From the IMG/VR virus record IMGVR_UViG_3300014205_000170, positions 1 to 64,000 of that record: DNA of 64,000 bases. The stretch is one strand, 5' to 3'. Both the position numbers and the translations under genes were made by a program. Below the pieces are notes generated by a model that had not been told where the DNA came from, made no database searches, and was given only the letters and a program-made list of their open reading frames with translations. This document shows, in pieces, positions 42,825 to 51,734 of the stretch. This DNA comes from a virus (Duplodnaviria; Caudoviricetes). Every line of letters starts with the position of its first letter. Position 1 is the first letter of the stretch.

Positions 42825-43301
42825 TTACACTTCACCCGTTTCAAATTCCATATAAGATGGAACTTTGGTTTTAAATTTAACTTTTTCGGTTAACACAGTT
42901 TTTGTGTTTTCCATTTTTAAAATCTTTTGAAATGTATTTGGCTCATCAAGAACTCTGTGAACCTGGGTAATTACTTCACCATTATTTCCTAAAGAATAAA
43001 AATTTGATTGATAATATACGGTTGTATATTTATCTTTATAAATACTGTCTTTGTATTTAATGGGGGTTTTTAAGACAATTTTTTTCCAACGACCATATCC
43101 TGAATTTCTATCTTTATAAGCCAAAAAAACTACTTGTTGTTTAGTTTTCTTATCTATTATTACGATACACTCAGGATTGGTGATTATAGTATGAGCAAAA
43201 GATATATCAGAAATTAAATTGGCTTTTCTATAAGTTAAATTATTTCTTATAATAGGAAAGTCACAAAACCTTAATTCTTTTTCTTTTTTAGACTTGGTCA
43301 T
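42825..43301 (-). CDS. Hypothetical protein, EK motif (paralog of 42315)
   Basis: FLAY..GYGRWK; NTKTVLTEK. Confidence 0.75.
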   Translation of the reverse strand: MTKSKKEKELRFCDFPIIRNNLTYRKANLISDISFAHTIITNPECIVIIDKKTKQQVVFLAYKDRNSGYGRWKKIVLKTPIKYKDSIYKDKYTTVYYQSNFYSLGNNGEVITQVHRVLDEPNTFQKILKMENTKTVLTEKVKFKTKVPSYMEFETGEV

Positions 43302-43788
43302 CTAAATATTGTATGGGCTTACAAATTTTGCTTTTTAATTCTTTATAGGACTTTTTGAAAGGTGAATAAAAAATTCCTCTAACAATCAAACCTACAATTG
43401 CTGCATATAATAAAGTAGAAGGATATATAATAACACACATTAAAGCAGAAGATATAGTTGTGTGGAACATATTGGCAATACCAATGTTTATCCAAAAGGC
43501 AATGAATATAATAAAAATAAAGAACACAGAAGAAAGACGAACATGTTCCCACTTTGTATCGTTAACTATTTCATTACTTTGTTTATTATCCTCTTTTTTC
43601 TTAAAATTCATATCCAAACAACCACATCTAAATATTAACTCTAATGCACCTAACATAGGAAATAACATTATAGATAAAAATAAATTCCAATAGAAACTAC
43701 AAGTGTTTGTTGGTTTATAAAATGTCCTTGATTCAAACGTATACATGATAAGTTTGTACATCCAGTTATTTTTGTTTATAGTTTTCAT
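43288..43788 (-). CDS. Membrane protein
   Basis: Three hydrophobic segments. Confidence 0.65.
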   Translation of the reverse strand: MKTINKNNWMYKLIMYTFESRTFYKPTNTCSFYWNLFLSIMLFPMLGALELIFRCGCLDMNFKKKEDNKQSNEIVNDTKWEHVRLSSVFFIFIIFIAFWINIGIANMFHTTISSALMCVIIYPSTLLYAAIVGLIVRGIFYSPFKKSYKELKSKICKPIQYLDDQV

Positions 43789-44191
43789 TATGCTATAATT
43801 AAAAGATTAAGAACAAAAAGAAATGCAGCAATACCAAGAATACATACACCAAGAGAAGACCCTGAAAGAAATACAATAACAGCAGTAAGAACTGCACAAA
43901 ACAAAACTACTCCAAAAGTTAGCTTCCAATATTTTTTAAAAAATGATTTCATCGTTAATCTATTTTTTCTTTAATTAGAATCGACGAACTAGGCATTGGA
44001 GTAATATTAAGTTGAACTCCTGGTTCAGATACAGAGTGAATTTGTAAACTATCTTTACCAACCACCACACGGAATTTTTGTCCATGCTTGGTGGTTATTA
44101 ACACCACCGGCTCATTTGAATCTCCTTCTGTTTCAACTTTAGGCGAACCTAAACTATAAATTTTTTTTGCCATATCGTTTGGATTTTACAA

Positions 44192-44551
44192 TTAATCTTC
44201 AAATCTTTTTGGAGAATTTTCCAACAATTCCATCACGGCATCAAAAACCGACTTATCTTCTTTCTTTGCGCGTTTACCCCATCCTCTGTCATAAGCCACA
44301 ATGAGACTGTCATCATAGTTTTTCTTTGCTTCGCGAACAACTGTGTCAGATATGGCAAGACATGAAACACGGCCTTTTTTAATGCCATACTCTGAACCGG
44401 TATCAAAGAGCTTTGATTCAAATGTAAATTGCTTTCCATTAAGTCCAGTAACTGTACCGGCTACCCAATTAGTTTTATTATTAAATTCTGTAAAAACCGC
44501 TACTGGTTTTTTATTTACAATAACCTCTCTTTTTTCAGCTTGCTTTGCCAT
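44192..44551 (-). CDS. Conserved phage hypothetical protein
   Basis: GSEYGIKKGRVS, YDRGW. Confidence 0.7.
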   Translation of the reverse strand: MAKQAEKREVIVNKKPVAVFTEFNNKTNWVAGTVTGLNGKQFTFESKLFDTGSEYGIKKGRVSCLAISDTVVREAKKNYDDSLIVAYDRGWGKRAKKEDKSVFDAVMELLENSPKRFED

Positions 44552-44604
44552 GTACTTAATGTTTTATAATGTACTATCCGAAATTTAAATCTTAGGTGTT
44601 ACAC

Positions 44605-45666
44605 TTAATCTTCTTCTTCAGAACCTTCCTTATAAATAAGTTGACTCGTCAAACACTCGCGAAAATCTACGTCATCTCTCTTTTCTTTAAAGGTTGGTTG
44701 GAAAATTGCTCCACCCAAATAAGCATAAAGATATCGAACCTCAACCACATCACCAATCGCCGGAATTTCTTTATTTGGAGGAATTGTACATTTACCCATG
44801 AATACGCGTTCCTTATTCTCATTTAACAATTCTAATCCAACACTCCTCTTACCTTTTGTAAAATCCTTTACTATAAAGCTTGCTTCTTTATAAAACTTAA
44901 ACTTCAAATGAGCGCCACCTGAGTTTGGTCGACCAGCAACATACTCACTATCCTTACGTTTAAAAACAATACCCTCAGCATTACGAGCTTTTAACTCATT
45001 ATACAACTTTCTCTTTTCAGAGGTAGTATAGGCGGTTTTTACTTTTTCAATTGAGTTGGTATGATTTAAAGACTCAAGTAACTTAAGTCTATGGTCTAAT
45101 CTATGTTCCTTTATACTTATTGTGTCCAAAAAAAGAACATCAAATACGTACAATTTATTACCAATAATTTCTCCATCAAGAGTACACTTGTTATATACAC
45201 AACCTTCAAAAGAATCTGGTAACTGTACTTCCTGGCCCTTTTTATTTAAACCCGTAATTTTTTCGTCCTTTGAAATAACCATACGACGCTGCCCATCAAA
45301 TTTCTCCTGAGCTACATAAGCATCATTTTGAATAAGACGCTCCACTTCAGACTCTTCAATAGAATTTAACAATTGAGGAAAAATCCCATGAGTCTTCTTT
45401 TCAGTAACTGCTGGGCCGGAAAATCCTGAACCTTTACCCTCCTTTTCAGCGTAACCCTTAGCCATCTTTTCCTTTACAAGCTTATCATATATCTTCAAAG
45501 CAGAAGCCTCATCAACCGGTTTAGGAGTTTTGGAACCACTCTGTAAAGCATTCCCAACTCGGCCATATTGAAAGTTAACCAAATAACCGGGCCCAGACTT
45601 TTCCATCTGAACATGATACTCCTTATCCGAGGAGCCTTCTTGAAAGTATAATGAGATTTTATTCAT
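44605..45666 (-). CDS. WGR-domain ATP-dependent DNA ligase
   Basis: SDKEY..QYGRVG (WGR); EKFDGQR, LDGE, FDVL, EGIVFK, KFK ligase motifs; OB-fold-like C-terminus. Confidence 0.88.
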   Translation of the reverse strand: MNKISLYFQEGSSDKEYHVQMEKSGPGYLVNFQYGRVGNALQSGSKTPKPVDEASALKIYDKLVKEKMAKGYAEKEGKGSGFSGPAVTEKKTHGIFPQLLNSIEESEVERLIQNDAYVAQEKFDGQRRMVISKDEKITGLNKKGQEVQLPDSFEGCVYNKCTLDGEIIGNKLYVFDVLFLDTISIKEHRLDHRLKLLESLNHTNSIEKVKTAYTTSEKRKLYNELKARNAEGIVFKRKDSEYVAGRPNSGGAHLKFKFYKEASFIVKDFTKGKRSVGLELLNENKERVFMGKCTIPPNKEIPAIGDVVEVRYLYAYLGGAIFQPTFKEKRDDVDFRECLTSQLIYKEGSEEED

Positions 45667-45728
45667 CTTTTATAAGGTTTTTACGTTTAAGGTACTATAC
45701 GAGATTTAAATCTTAGGTGTTACACTTT

Positions 45729-46100
45729 TTACCCTTCAACATCAACCATAACCGGAATTAAAGTACCATCCTCTAATTGGTCATGGAATTTGATTACTTC
45801 CAAAAGTAAAAGTTTATCCAAAGAAAGAATCGGAACATATTTTTCAATCAGGACTTTACGCTTCTGTTCTGCCAATTTTAATCTAAAAGTAAAAGTTTCA
45901 TAACCTACAACATCTTCAACCCATCTCCTGGTTCTATACATTCCATAGGTAGCAGAATCGCGAGTACACAAAGGATTCTTACAAATATCAAGCCTATGAG
46001 CTAATTTATAATCCACACCCTTCTGATAATTATGAATACCAACATAACACCTGAATTTTACAACCCATGCCTTAAATCTTATCTTTATACTTTTACTCAT
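45729..46100 (-). CDS. Hypothetical protein, EK motif
   Basis: RKVLIEK. Confidence 0.7.
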   Translation of the reverse strand: MSKSIKIRFKAWVVKFRCYVGIHNYQKGVDYKLAHRLDICKNPLCTRDSATYGMYRTRRWVEDVVGYETFTFRLKLAEQKRKVLIEKYVPILSLDKLLLLEVIKFHDQLEDGTLIPVMVDVEG

Positions 46101-46106
46101 ACAGTA

Positions 46107-46445
46107 CTATACGAAATTAAAACTCTTGGTGTTACACTTCTCAATTAGGATTTTACGGGTATTTTGCTCTAAATTCCACCACACCTTCTCATATTCATAT
46201 TTAGGAATCCAATCCAAAAGTTCACCTTTAAACCTGAGTTTTAATTGAGCTAAGGCAAACTGACCAGTAGAAAAACATTTAAACTTCTCTTCTTTATTTT
46301 TACTTACAGACTCAGTCATAAATTTATGATACCAATAAATATTTGACCAATGAGATTGTGTGACCATATGATATGGAATCCGATTGCCATCCGCAGTCAT
46401 CCAATCACCATATTGTAAGTCTGCTTCTGTAAAATATCTGACCAT
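46107..46445 (-). CDS. Hypothetical protein, EK motif
   Basis: RKILIEK. Confidence 0.7.
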   Translation of the reverse strand: MVRYFTEADLQYGDWMTADGNRIPYHMVTQSHWSNIYWYHKFMTESVSKNKEEKFKCFSTGQFALAQLKLRFKGELLDWIPKYEYEKVWWNLEQNTRKILIEKCNTKSFNFV

Positions 46446-46470
46446 GTCAGTTTAAACGTAAAATCCTAAA

Positions 46471-46911
46471 TTACGTTGCAATGGTATTAGGGGTTCTAAT
46501 AACAAATACTCTATTTGTCCAAGCGTTGCAAATCATAGCAGAAAAATCGGTGGGGTCCATAAAAATGTGCACATCCAAATCTATTCTAAATTGTATCTCA
46601 TTTAAATGCTCATCATAAAAAACAACGTTCTTTGGAGCGTAAGAGTAATTATAATCCGAAACAGTAATTTGATAGTTCCTTAACTTTAATAATTTGGCTA
46701 ATATACATTTTGCGATAAAATCTGCCATCAAGTCATACCCACCAGGAGCATCTCGAAATAACTGATACCAGTATTTTTTTGAAATAGAATAAGGCTCATT
46801 ATAAGGAGAAAGTCCATAGCTCTTTTCTAAAATAACTTCTCTAGTTAAAAGTCCTTCCGGAGTATAATTTGAGCCGGAGTAACCGGTGCCTATGGTGATA
46901 AGTCGAGCCAT
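46471..46911 (-). CDS. Hypothetical protein, EK motif
   Basis: REVILEK; TAACTTTG box upstream. Confidence 0.7.
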   Translation of the reverse strand: MARLITIGTGYSGSNYTPEGLLTREVILEKSYGLSPYNEPYSISKKYWYQLFRDAPGGYDLMADFIAKCILAKLLKLRNYQITVSDYNYSYAPKNVVFYDEHLNEIQFRIDLDVHIFMDPTDFSAMICNAWTNRVFVIRTPNTIAT

Positions 46912-46933
46912 ACTGCAAAGTTAGGTTATTTCT

Positions 46934-47896
46934 TGATATACGTAAAATCCAATTACACTTCTACCAAACGACAAAATATAATAAAAATACAGTGCACCAA
47001 AAATCGATTGGCAGATTTTGTAATTGAAAAATCGTATATCATTTTAAAGTTTTTTTATACCAAAAAATGAGGTCCAGAAATCACCGGAATTCCTGGCAAA
47101 ATTTAATACGATTTTACCAGCATAAAAATAACCGGAATAACCACCGGAATTTTATGTAAAATCCTCAATAGATAATCGGTTTTTTTCCGATTGTTTATAT
47201 ATATTTTTACAAAGGTAAAATCCTACTCAAAAAATATAAAATTAGATTTACCACTTTCTACCACTTTATCCCACCACAACATTAAAAATTTTTATTTTTT
47301 CATCTTAGATAAAAGTAGATACTATTGGATTTTACATAGGCAAGGGCTGGATTTTACCATGACACCACAAGGAGAAAAGTAGATGGAAGTTATTAACACA
47401 ACTAATTTCGTTGGTTGAAAACTTTTGACCCCTTAGAACGTCAAATATTTATAGAATCGTCCACTTTTTTCTTTACCCTAAATTCGCCATTTATCTACTT
47501 TTCTCCTATCTGCACCATTAACTGCTTGATTATCAACATAATAAACCTAAATTTGTTTAGTAAACCTATTGAGTTTATTACCACTTTATACCACTACACT
47601 AGGTAAAATCCTTAATATTTCCCCAACAAAATACTCCCTTTCTACGTTCAAAAAATACTCTCCATAAAATGAGATATAGTCCCAGTAAAAACCCTCTATA
47701 AAATTAATAAAAATTTACTATCTTGTTTAGAGTATTTTAATAGGATTTTACCATAGCAAAACAACGTTATTTTTTAAGCCTTTTTTCTCACAGTTTTTTA
47801 TGTGAAAATATAAGCTCAAAAAGTGTAACAAAAAAACCATTTTTTCCGTTGTATATAAAAGGGGCAAATAAGCATAAAAATAATACAGTAAAATCC
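46934..47896. other. Non-coding strand-switch region with class II pair, GTAAAATCC repeats and phased CCAC repeats (candidate origin or control region)
   Basis: Class II 46934-46970(-) and 47005-47041(+); GTAAAATCC x8; CCAC at 47251/47261/47271. Confidence 0.5.
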
Positions 47897-47949
47897 TACC
47901 AAAAGAACAGAAGAACCAACCAAACCGATTCAAAGAATATTCAAAGAAC

Positions 47950-48969
47950 ATGGCACAAATTAGACCAAATAAGAGAACTAAAATCATACGTAAAAGGAGA
48001 CCAACGCCCACCATAATAAAAAAGAAAGGCGCAAGGAAAAAACCTCTAACACGTACCGAATTTTTAGAGAGTTGTTCAGATGAAATACAGAAGCACATTA
48101 ACGGGTACGAAAACACTATAATTGACCTAGGTCAAGAACCTGTTAATTGTACTTTAAATCACATTAACGGCACAGACGGCACACAAAAATGGAATGTTGT
48201 AGAAACAAGAGATGATTTTGGTAACGAATATTATTCAGAAACAAGAGATAATTTTGGTAACATCATATCAAGAAAAAGAATTAAAGGTTTTAAAGAAAAA
48301 AAGAGCAAACCTTGTTCGATAGATGAAATGAAACAAACATATACACAGACTTGTCAAATGTGTAAGTATCCAATGAGAGTTAGTTATAAAGGACTTGCAT
48401 TTTGTAGTATCTGTAAAACCCAAACAAAAAATGAGATTTTTAAATCCATTAAAAAAATCAGTTCAGAGATAATGAATTTAGAGATGGACGAAAGAGATAT
48501 AAGACACAGATTTCAACAGACAAGCGATGGGCGAGAAAAACAAAGATTAAGGGTAGAGTTAGCAAATAAAAAAATAGAAAAACAAAACAAAATGAAACTA
48601 TACGATTCTAAATACGAACCGGCCTCAAGAAGAAGCAATGACAATTCAAAGTCTAGTGGTTGGTCTGGTATCACAGACGCAGATTCTAAGGCTTATTCTT
48701 ACTTTAGGGAGAAAGAAAAACAAGCTCAAAAAGAACTCGAATTCGAAAAGGCCGAACTAAAGCAACCTATCGTAGTAAAAAACCCTTTGGCCAACATGAC
48801 CATCTATTCTTTTAGAATTCCACCTAGCAATGGTGGACCTTTTGCTTTTTATATCCTTCAGGATAATGGAGAGCATGAGGGAAAGTATCTAAGAACAGAT
48901 GGGAGTGGGGAGACCAAGACATTAGACCAAATGTTCTATATGATGAATGAAATCAATAAAAAGAAATAA
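47950..48969 (+). CDS. Hypothetical protein with Zn ribbon and coiled coil
   Basis: CQMC..CSIC; variant class I promoter at 47825. Confidence 0.75.
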   Translation: MAQIRPNKRTKIIRKRRPTPTIIKKKGARKKPLTRTEFLESCSDEIQKHINGYENTIIDLGQEPVNCTLNHINGTDGTQKWNVVETRDDFGNEYYSETRDNFGNIISRKRIKGFKEKKSKPCSIDEMKQTYTQTCQMCKYPMRVSYKGLAFCSICKTQTKNEIFKSIKKISSEIMNLEMDERDIRHRFQQTSDGREKQRLRVELANKKIEKQNKMKLYDSKYEPASRRSNDNSKSSGWSGITDADSKAYSYFREKEKQAQKELEFEKAELKQPIVVKNPLANMTIYSFRIPPSNGGPFAFYILQDNGEHEGKYLRTDGSGETKTLDQMFYMMNEINKKK

Positions 48970-48991
48970 GGGATAATCATAAGAATCAAAA

Positions 48992-49678
48992 ATGGGAGTG
49001 GGTCGTAAAATAAAAACTAAAGAACTTTATGGAGCTTTACAAGATGATAATCTTCCCTTGTTGTCTGAGGCTTGTCATAGTATGTATGATTCCATTAAGT
49101 CTTTAAAAAATATAAAGAATAGACACTTAGAGACAAGTGTGTGTCCTCAAAAATCTGCTTGCCGTTTCTGTAAAACCATGTTTCTCCCTAAAGTAGAAAG
49201 TTATCATAGTGGGGTATCGGAATGTCCTAAATGTATTGAGAAAGCCGGTGGAGGATTTTACACCTTGGAGGTAAAAGCCTATATATATTTAAAAGGATAT
49301 GTGGAGGGAGAAACGGATATATACGGGGAGAACAATAATGTTCATGTGGAAACAAGATACTTATGGGTTCCATTCAATGTGTTTAAAACGAGTCATGTTT
49401 TAACGGAGAAGTTTAGTATCAAGATACACAAGAACAGTAATATTAAAATAATCTTTAATGAAGCTGTAAAAGCCTCAAAACTTACAAAGAGGTTTGATAA
49501 GATTCGTTTGTTGGAAATCTTAATAAGAGGAGAACGCGGAGAATTGGAGCCTTGGGAGTTTATATTTTCTAAAGAAGAGATACGTTGGACCTTATATATG
49601 GATAAAACAAGAATACGACCATTGGGGTTAGAACATGAAAAATTAAGCGTATGGAGGAGTGATGATAACAGAGATTGA
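48992..49678 (+). CDS. Zn-finger/EK-motif paralog family A
   Basis: CRFC..ECPKCIEKAGGGFY..WVPFN..HVLTEKFS. Confidence 0.8.
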   Translation: MGVGRKIKTKELYGALQDDNLPLLSEACHSMYDSIKSLKNIKNRHLETSVCPQKSACRFCKTMFLPKVESYHSGVSECPKCIEKAGGGFYTLEVKAYIYLKGYVEGETDIYGENNNVHVETRYLWVPFNVFKTSHVLTEKFSIKIHKNSNIKIIFNEAVKASKLTKRFDKIRLLEILIRGERGELEPWEFIFSKEEIRWTLYMDKTRIRPLGLEHEKLSVWRSDDNRD

Positions 49679-50141
49679 TACTTATCCTCCTGATGGATAT
49701 ACTCGCAGTGTAACTTGTAGATTTTGTCGTACTAAGTTCTTTGAGCATTTCACATATGATGAACGTATAAGTGAATGTGATGACTGTACAAACAAGGCTG
49801 GTGGTAAATTCCATATAGTAAACATTTATGCCAAGAATGAAAAGACTAAGATGTCTATTGATTCCTTTATGTGGGTATTTCATAGTATCTTATTGAATAG
49901 GCATGTACTTGTTGAGAAGTTTAGTAGAGACGCAGAAAGAAACTCTGTGGCTACAATAATAAAGAAAGAGGCTTTAAGGAGGTTTTCTACTGATGATGAA
50001 ACAAAGGATTATACCAGTAAAGATTGTCATATAGTTCACATAAGGTATTATGAGAAAAGGGCTATGGGGAATTTACGTCCGGTGAGTAATTGGGATTTTA
50101 TAATTAAGAAAGAACTTCTTGTGGAAGGTTATATGTTTTAA
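49659..50141 (+). CDS. Family A paralog
   Basis: CRFC..ECDDC..KAGG..RHVLVEKFS. Confidence 0.8.
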   Translation: MMITEIDTYPPDGYTRSVTCRFCRTKFFEHFTYDERISECDDCTNKAGGKFHIVNIYAKNEKTKMSIDSFMWVFHSILLNRHVLVEKFSRDAERNSVATIIKKEALRRFSTDDETKDYTSKDCHIVHIRYYEKRAMGNLRPVSNWDFIIKKELLVEGYMF

Positions 50142-50167
50142 AATAATATTTTAAACTTAAAAAACAA

Positions 50168-50686
50168 ATGCATGTGTGCAATTCCCATTTAATTGATTAT
50201 AGTAAGATGAAACCAAAATTTTCAACTGCTTGGTGTAGGATATGTGAAACGACCTTTACTTATAATTCAGGTAAGAAACACTATCAATATAACATGTCTG
50301 AATGTGAAGAGTGTATAAAGGAAGCCGGAAATGGGTTTTATGCAGTAAGAGTAGGCATTCCAAAAGATGAAGATAAGGTATTTGGTGGTCTTCTTCGTTT
50401 TAAAACACTAAAGGTGCCATTTAAAGTATTATGGTATCAAAATGTATTAGTTGAAAAATACAGCAGTGAGCCTTCTAAGAATACATTATATAAACTCTTA
50501 TTCAAATACACCACAAAAGAGTTATTAAACTTAAAGAATAAAGACTATGTCTCAGAAGAAGAATTTAACAATAGAGAAGTAATAAGTGTCTTTATTGACC
50601 GGTCAGATTCTGGTTTTTTGGAAGACTTAAATGAATGGCATAGAAAAGAGAATAAAACAAAAGAAGAAAAGGAAATCATATTTTAA
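50168..50686 (+). CDS. Family A paralog
   Basis: CRIC..ECEEC..AGNGFY..NVLVEKYS. Confidence 0.8.
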   Translation: MHVCNSHLIDYSKMKPKFSTAWCRICETTFTYNSGKKHYQYNMSECEECIKEAGNGFYAVRVGIPKDEDKVFGGLLRFKTLKVPFKVLWYQNVLVEKYSSEPSKNTLYKLLFKYTTKELLNLKNKDYVSEEEFNNREVISVFIDRSDSGFLEDLNEWHRKENKTKEEKEIIF

Positions 50687-50707
50687 ACACTTTAAAAGTC
50701 AAATATA

Positions 50708-51154
50708 ATGGGAAATATATCATTTATAATACCAAAAGAGAATATCAAGGATTTAACTGTTGAGAATATAGTTAAATTGATTACGGAGCATTTTCGTAAT
50801 AAGTTAAAGATTCAGGTGGAGTTACATCATACCGGTCAAATCATTGTTAGAGACAATAATGAAAGAACAGTATGCGAACTATGGATTCGCAAGGATGGCT
50901 GTTATTTGTTAACTGAAACTGAGGAGAGCAATTCTGGGTCTCAAGGTTGGTGGAAAAAGCTAAATGATTTGAATTTAAGTAGTACTGAGCCTTGTATTGG
51001 AAGTAGCTATGGCGACCATTCTCTTACGAAGGAGCGTAGTAAAATCCTAACCTTCCTTACCAAGCATTTTAAGGGGTATTGGTTGGATGAAGGTATTCAC
51101 CCGGAATTCATTACTTACAATGAACAATTTTTGGAAAAATACGTTATAAAATAG
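50708..51154 (+). CDS. Hypothetical protein
   Basis: 148-aa ORF in the operon. Confidence 0.7.
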   Translation: MGNISFIIPKENIKDLTVENIVKLITEHFRNKLKIQVELHHTGQIIVRDNNERTVCELWIRKDGCYLLTETEESNSGSQGWWKKLNDLNLSSTEPCIGSSYGDHSLTKERSKILTFLTKHFKGYWLDEGIHPEFITYNEQFLEKYVIK

Positions 51155-51156
51155 AA

Positions 51157-51480
51157 GTGGATAAAAGACCAGAAGGCATAGATTTTATAAAGGCCAATTT
51201 AAGCCAGATGCATAAGACACGAGTTGTTCTTACGGAAAAGGTTGGTTGTCCTAATGTTTTAATGACAGATGAAGAGATAAGTAAATTTTCAGAGTGGGTT
51301 AATACATTTGAAGAATATGCTCATTCTGGACCTTCTGTAAAACGTGTTATCTCATTTTGTAAAGCACATTATGGAGATAAGTTCAATAAATTGTTTGATG
51401 AGGAAGCTTTAAAAAAACTAAACGATAATTGGATGGAGATAGCTCTTTGGGAAATGGAACAAAATATAGCTTGCGATTAA
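51157..51480 (+). CDS. Hypothetical protein, EK motif
   Basis: RVVLTEK. Confidence 0.7.
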   Translation: MDKRPEGIDFIKANLSQMHKTRVVLTEKVGCPNVLMTDEEISKFSEWVNTFEEYAHSGPSVKRVISFCKAHYGDKFNKLFDEEALKKLNDNWMEIALWEMEQNIACD

Positions 51481-51734
51481 ATGAAAAAGACAAAAAAGAT
51501 AGAAGAAGGGGTAAAATCCAGGATTATTGAATCACTTACACCAACTAAGAGTAATGATAATTATGTTAGGAATGAGATTTTAGACCGGATTAAGTATTTG
51601 ACAATAGATTGTCCAGAGTGTGAGAATATCATCCATGACGATGAGCAATACTCATGTGGTACATGTAATGGTGGGCAGATATTTGCTTTCGAATGGGTAA
51701 AACAACAAATTAAAACAACAAAATAATATACAAA

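Larger units (their letters stand above)
42797..46135 (-). promoter_or_regulatory. Class I promoter copies on - strand (42797-42828, 44571-44602, 45692-45723, 46104-46135)
   Basis: Reverse complement GTACTATACG-N17-GTTAC upstream of minus-strand ORFs (44571 copy has one -10 substitution). Confidence 0.85.

Noticed and set aside
513-46135. Class I repeats as integron attC sites
   Set aside because: Stop-codon overlap resembles RYYYAAC, but there is no matching GTTRRRY, no hairpin symmetry and no integrase in the window; the fixed bipartite spacing fits a promoter
513-46135. Class I repeats as a CRISPR array
   Set aside because: Copies are separated by whole genes, the middle 17 nt vary, and no cas genes are present
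47191-48116. Short ORFs 47191, 47415, 47748
   Set aside because: Non-ATG or antisense frames in a repeat-rich non-coding region
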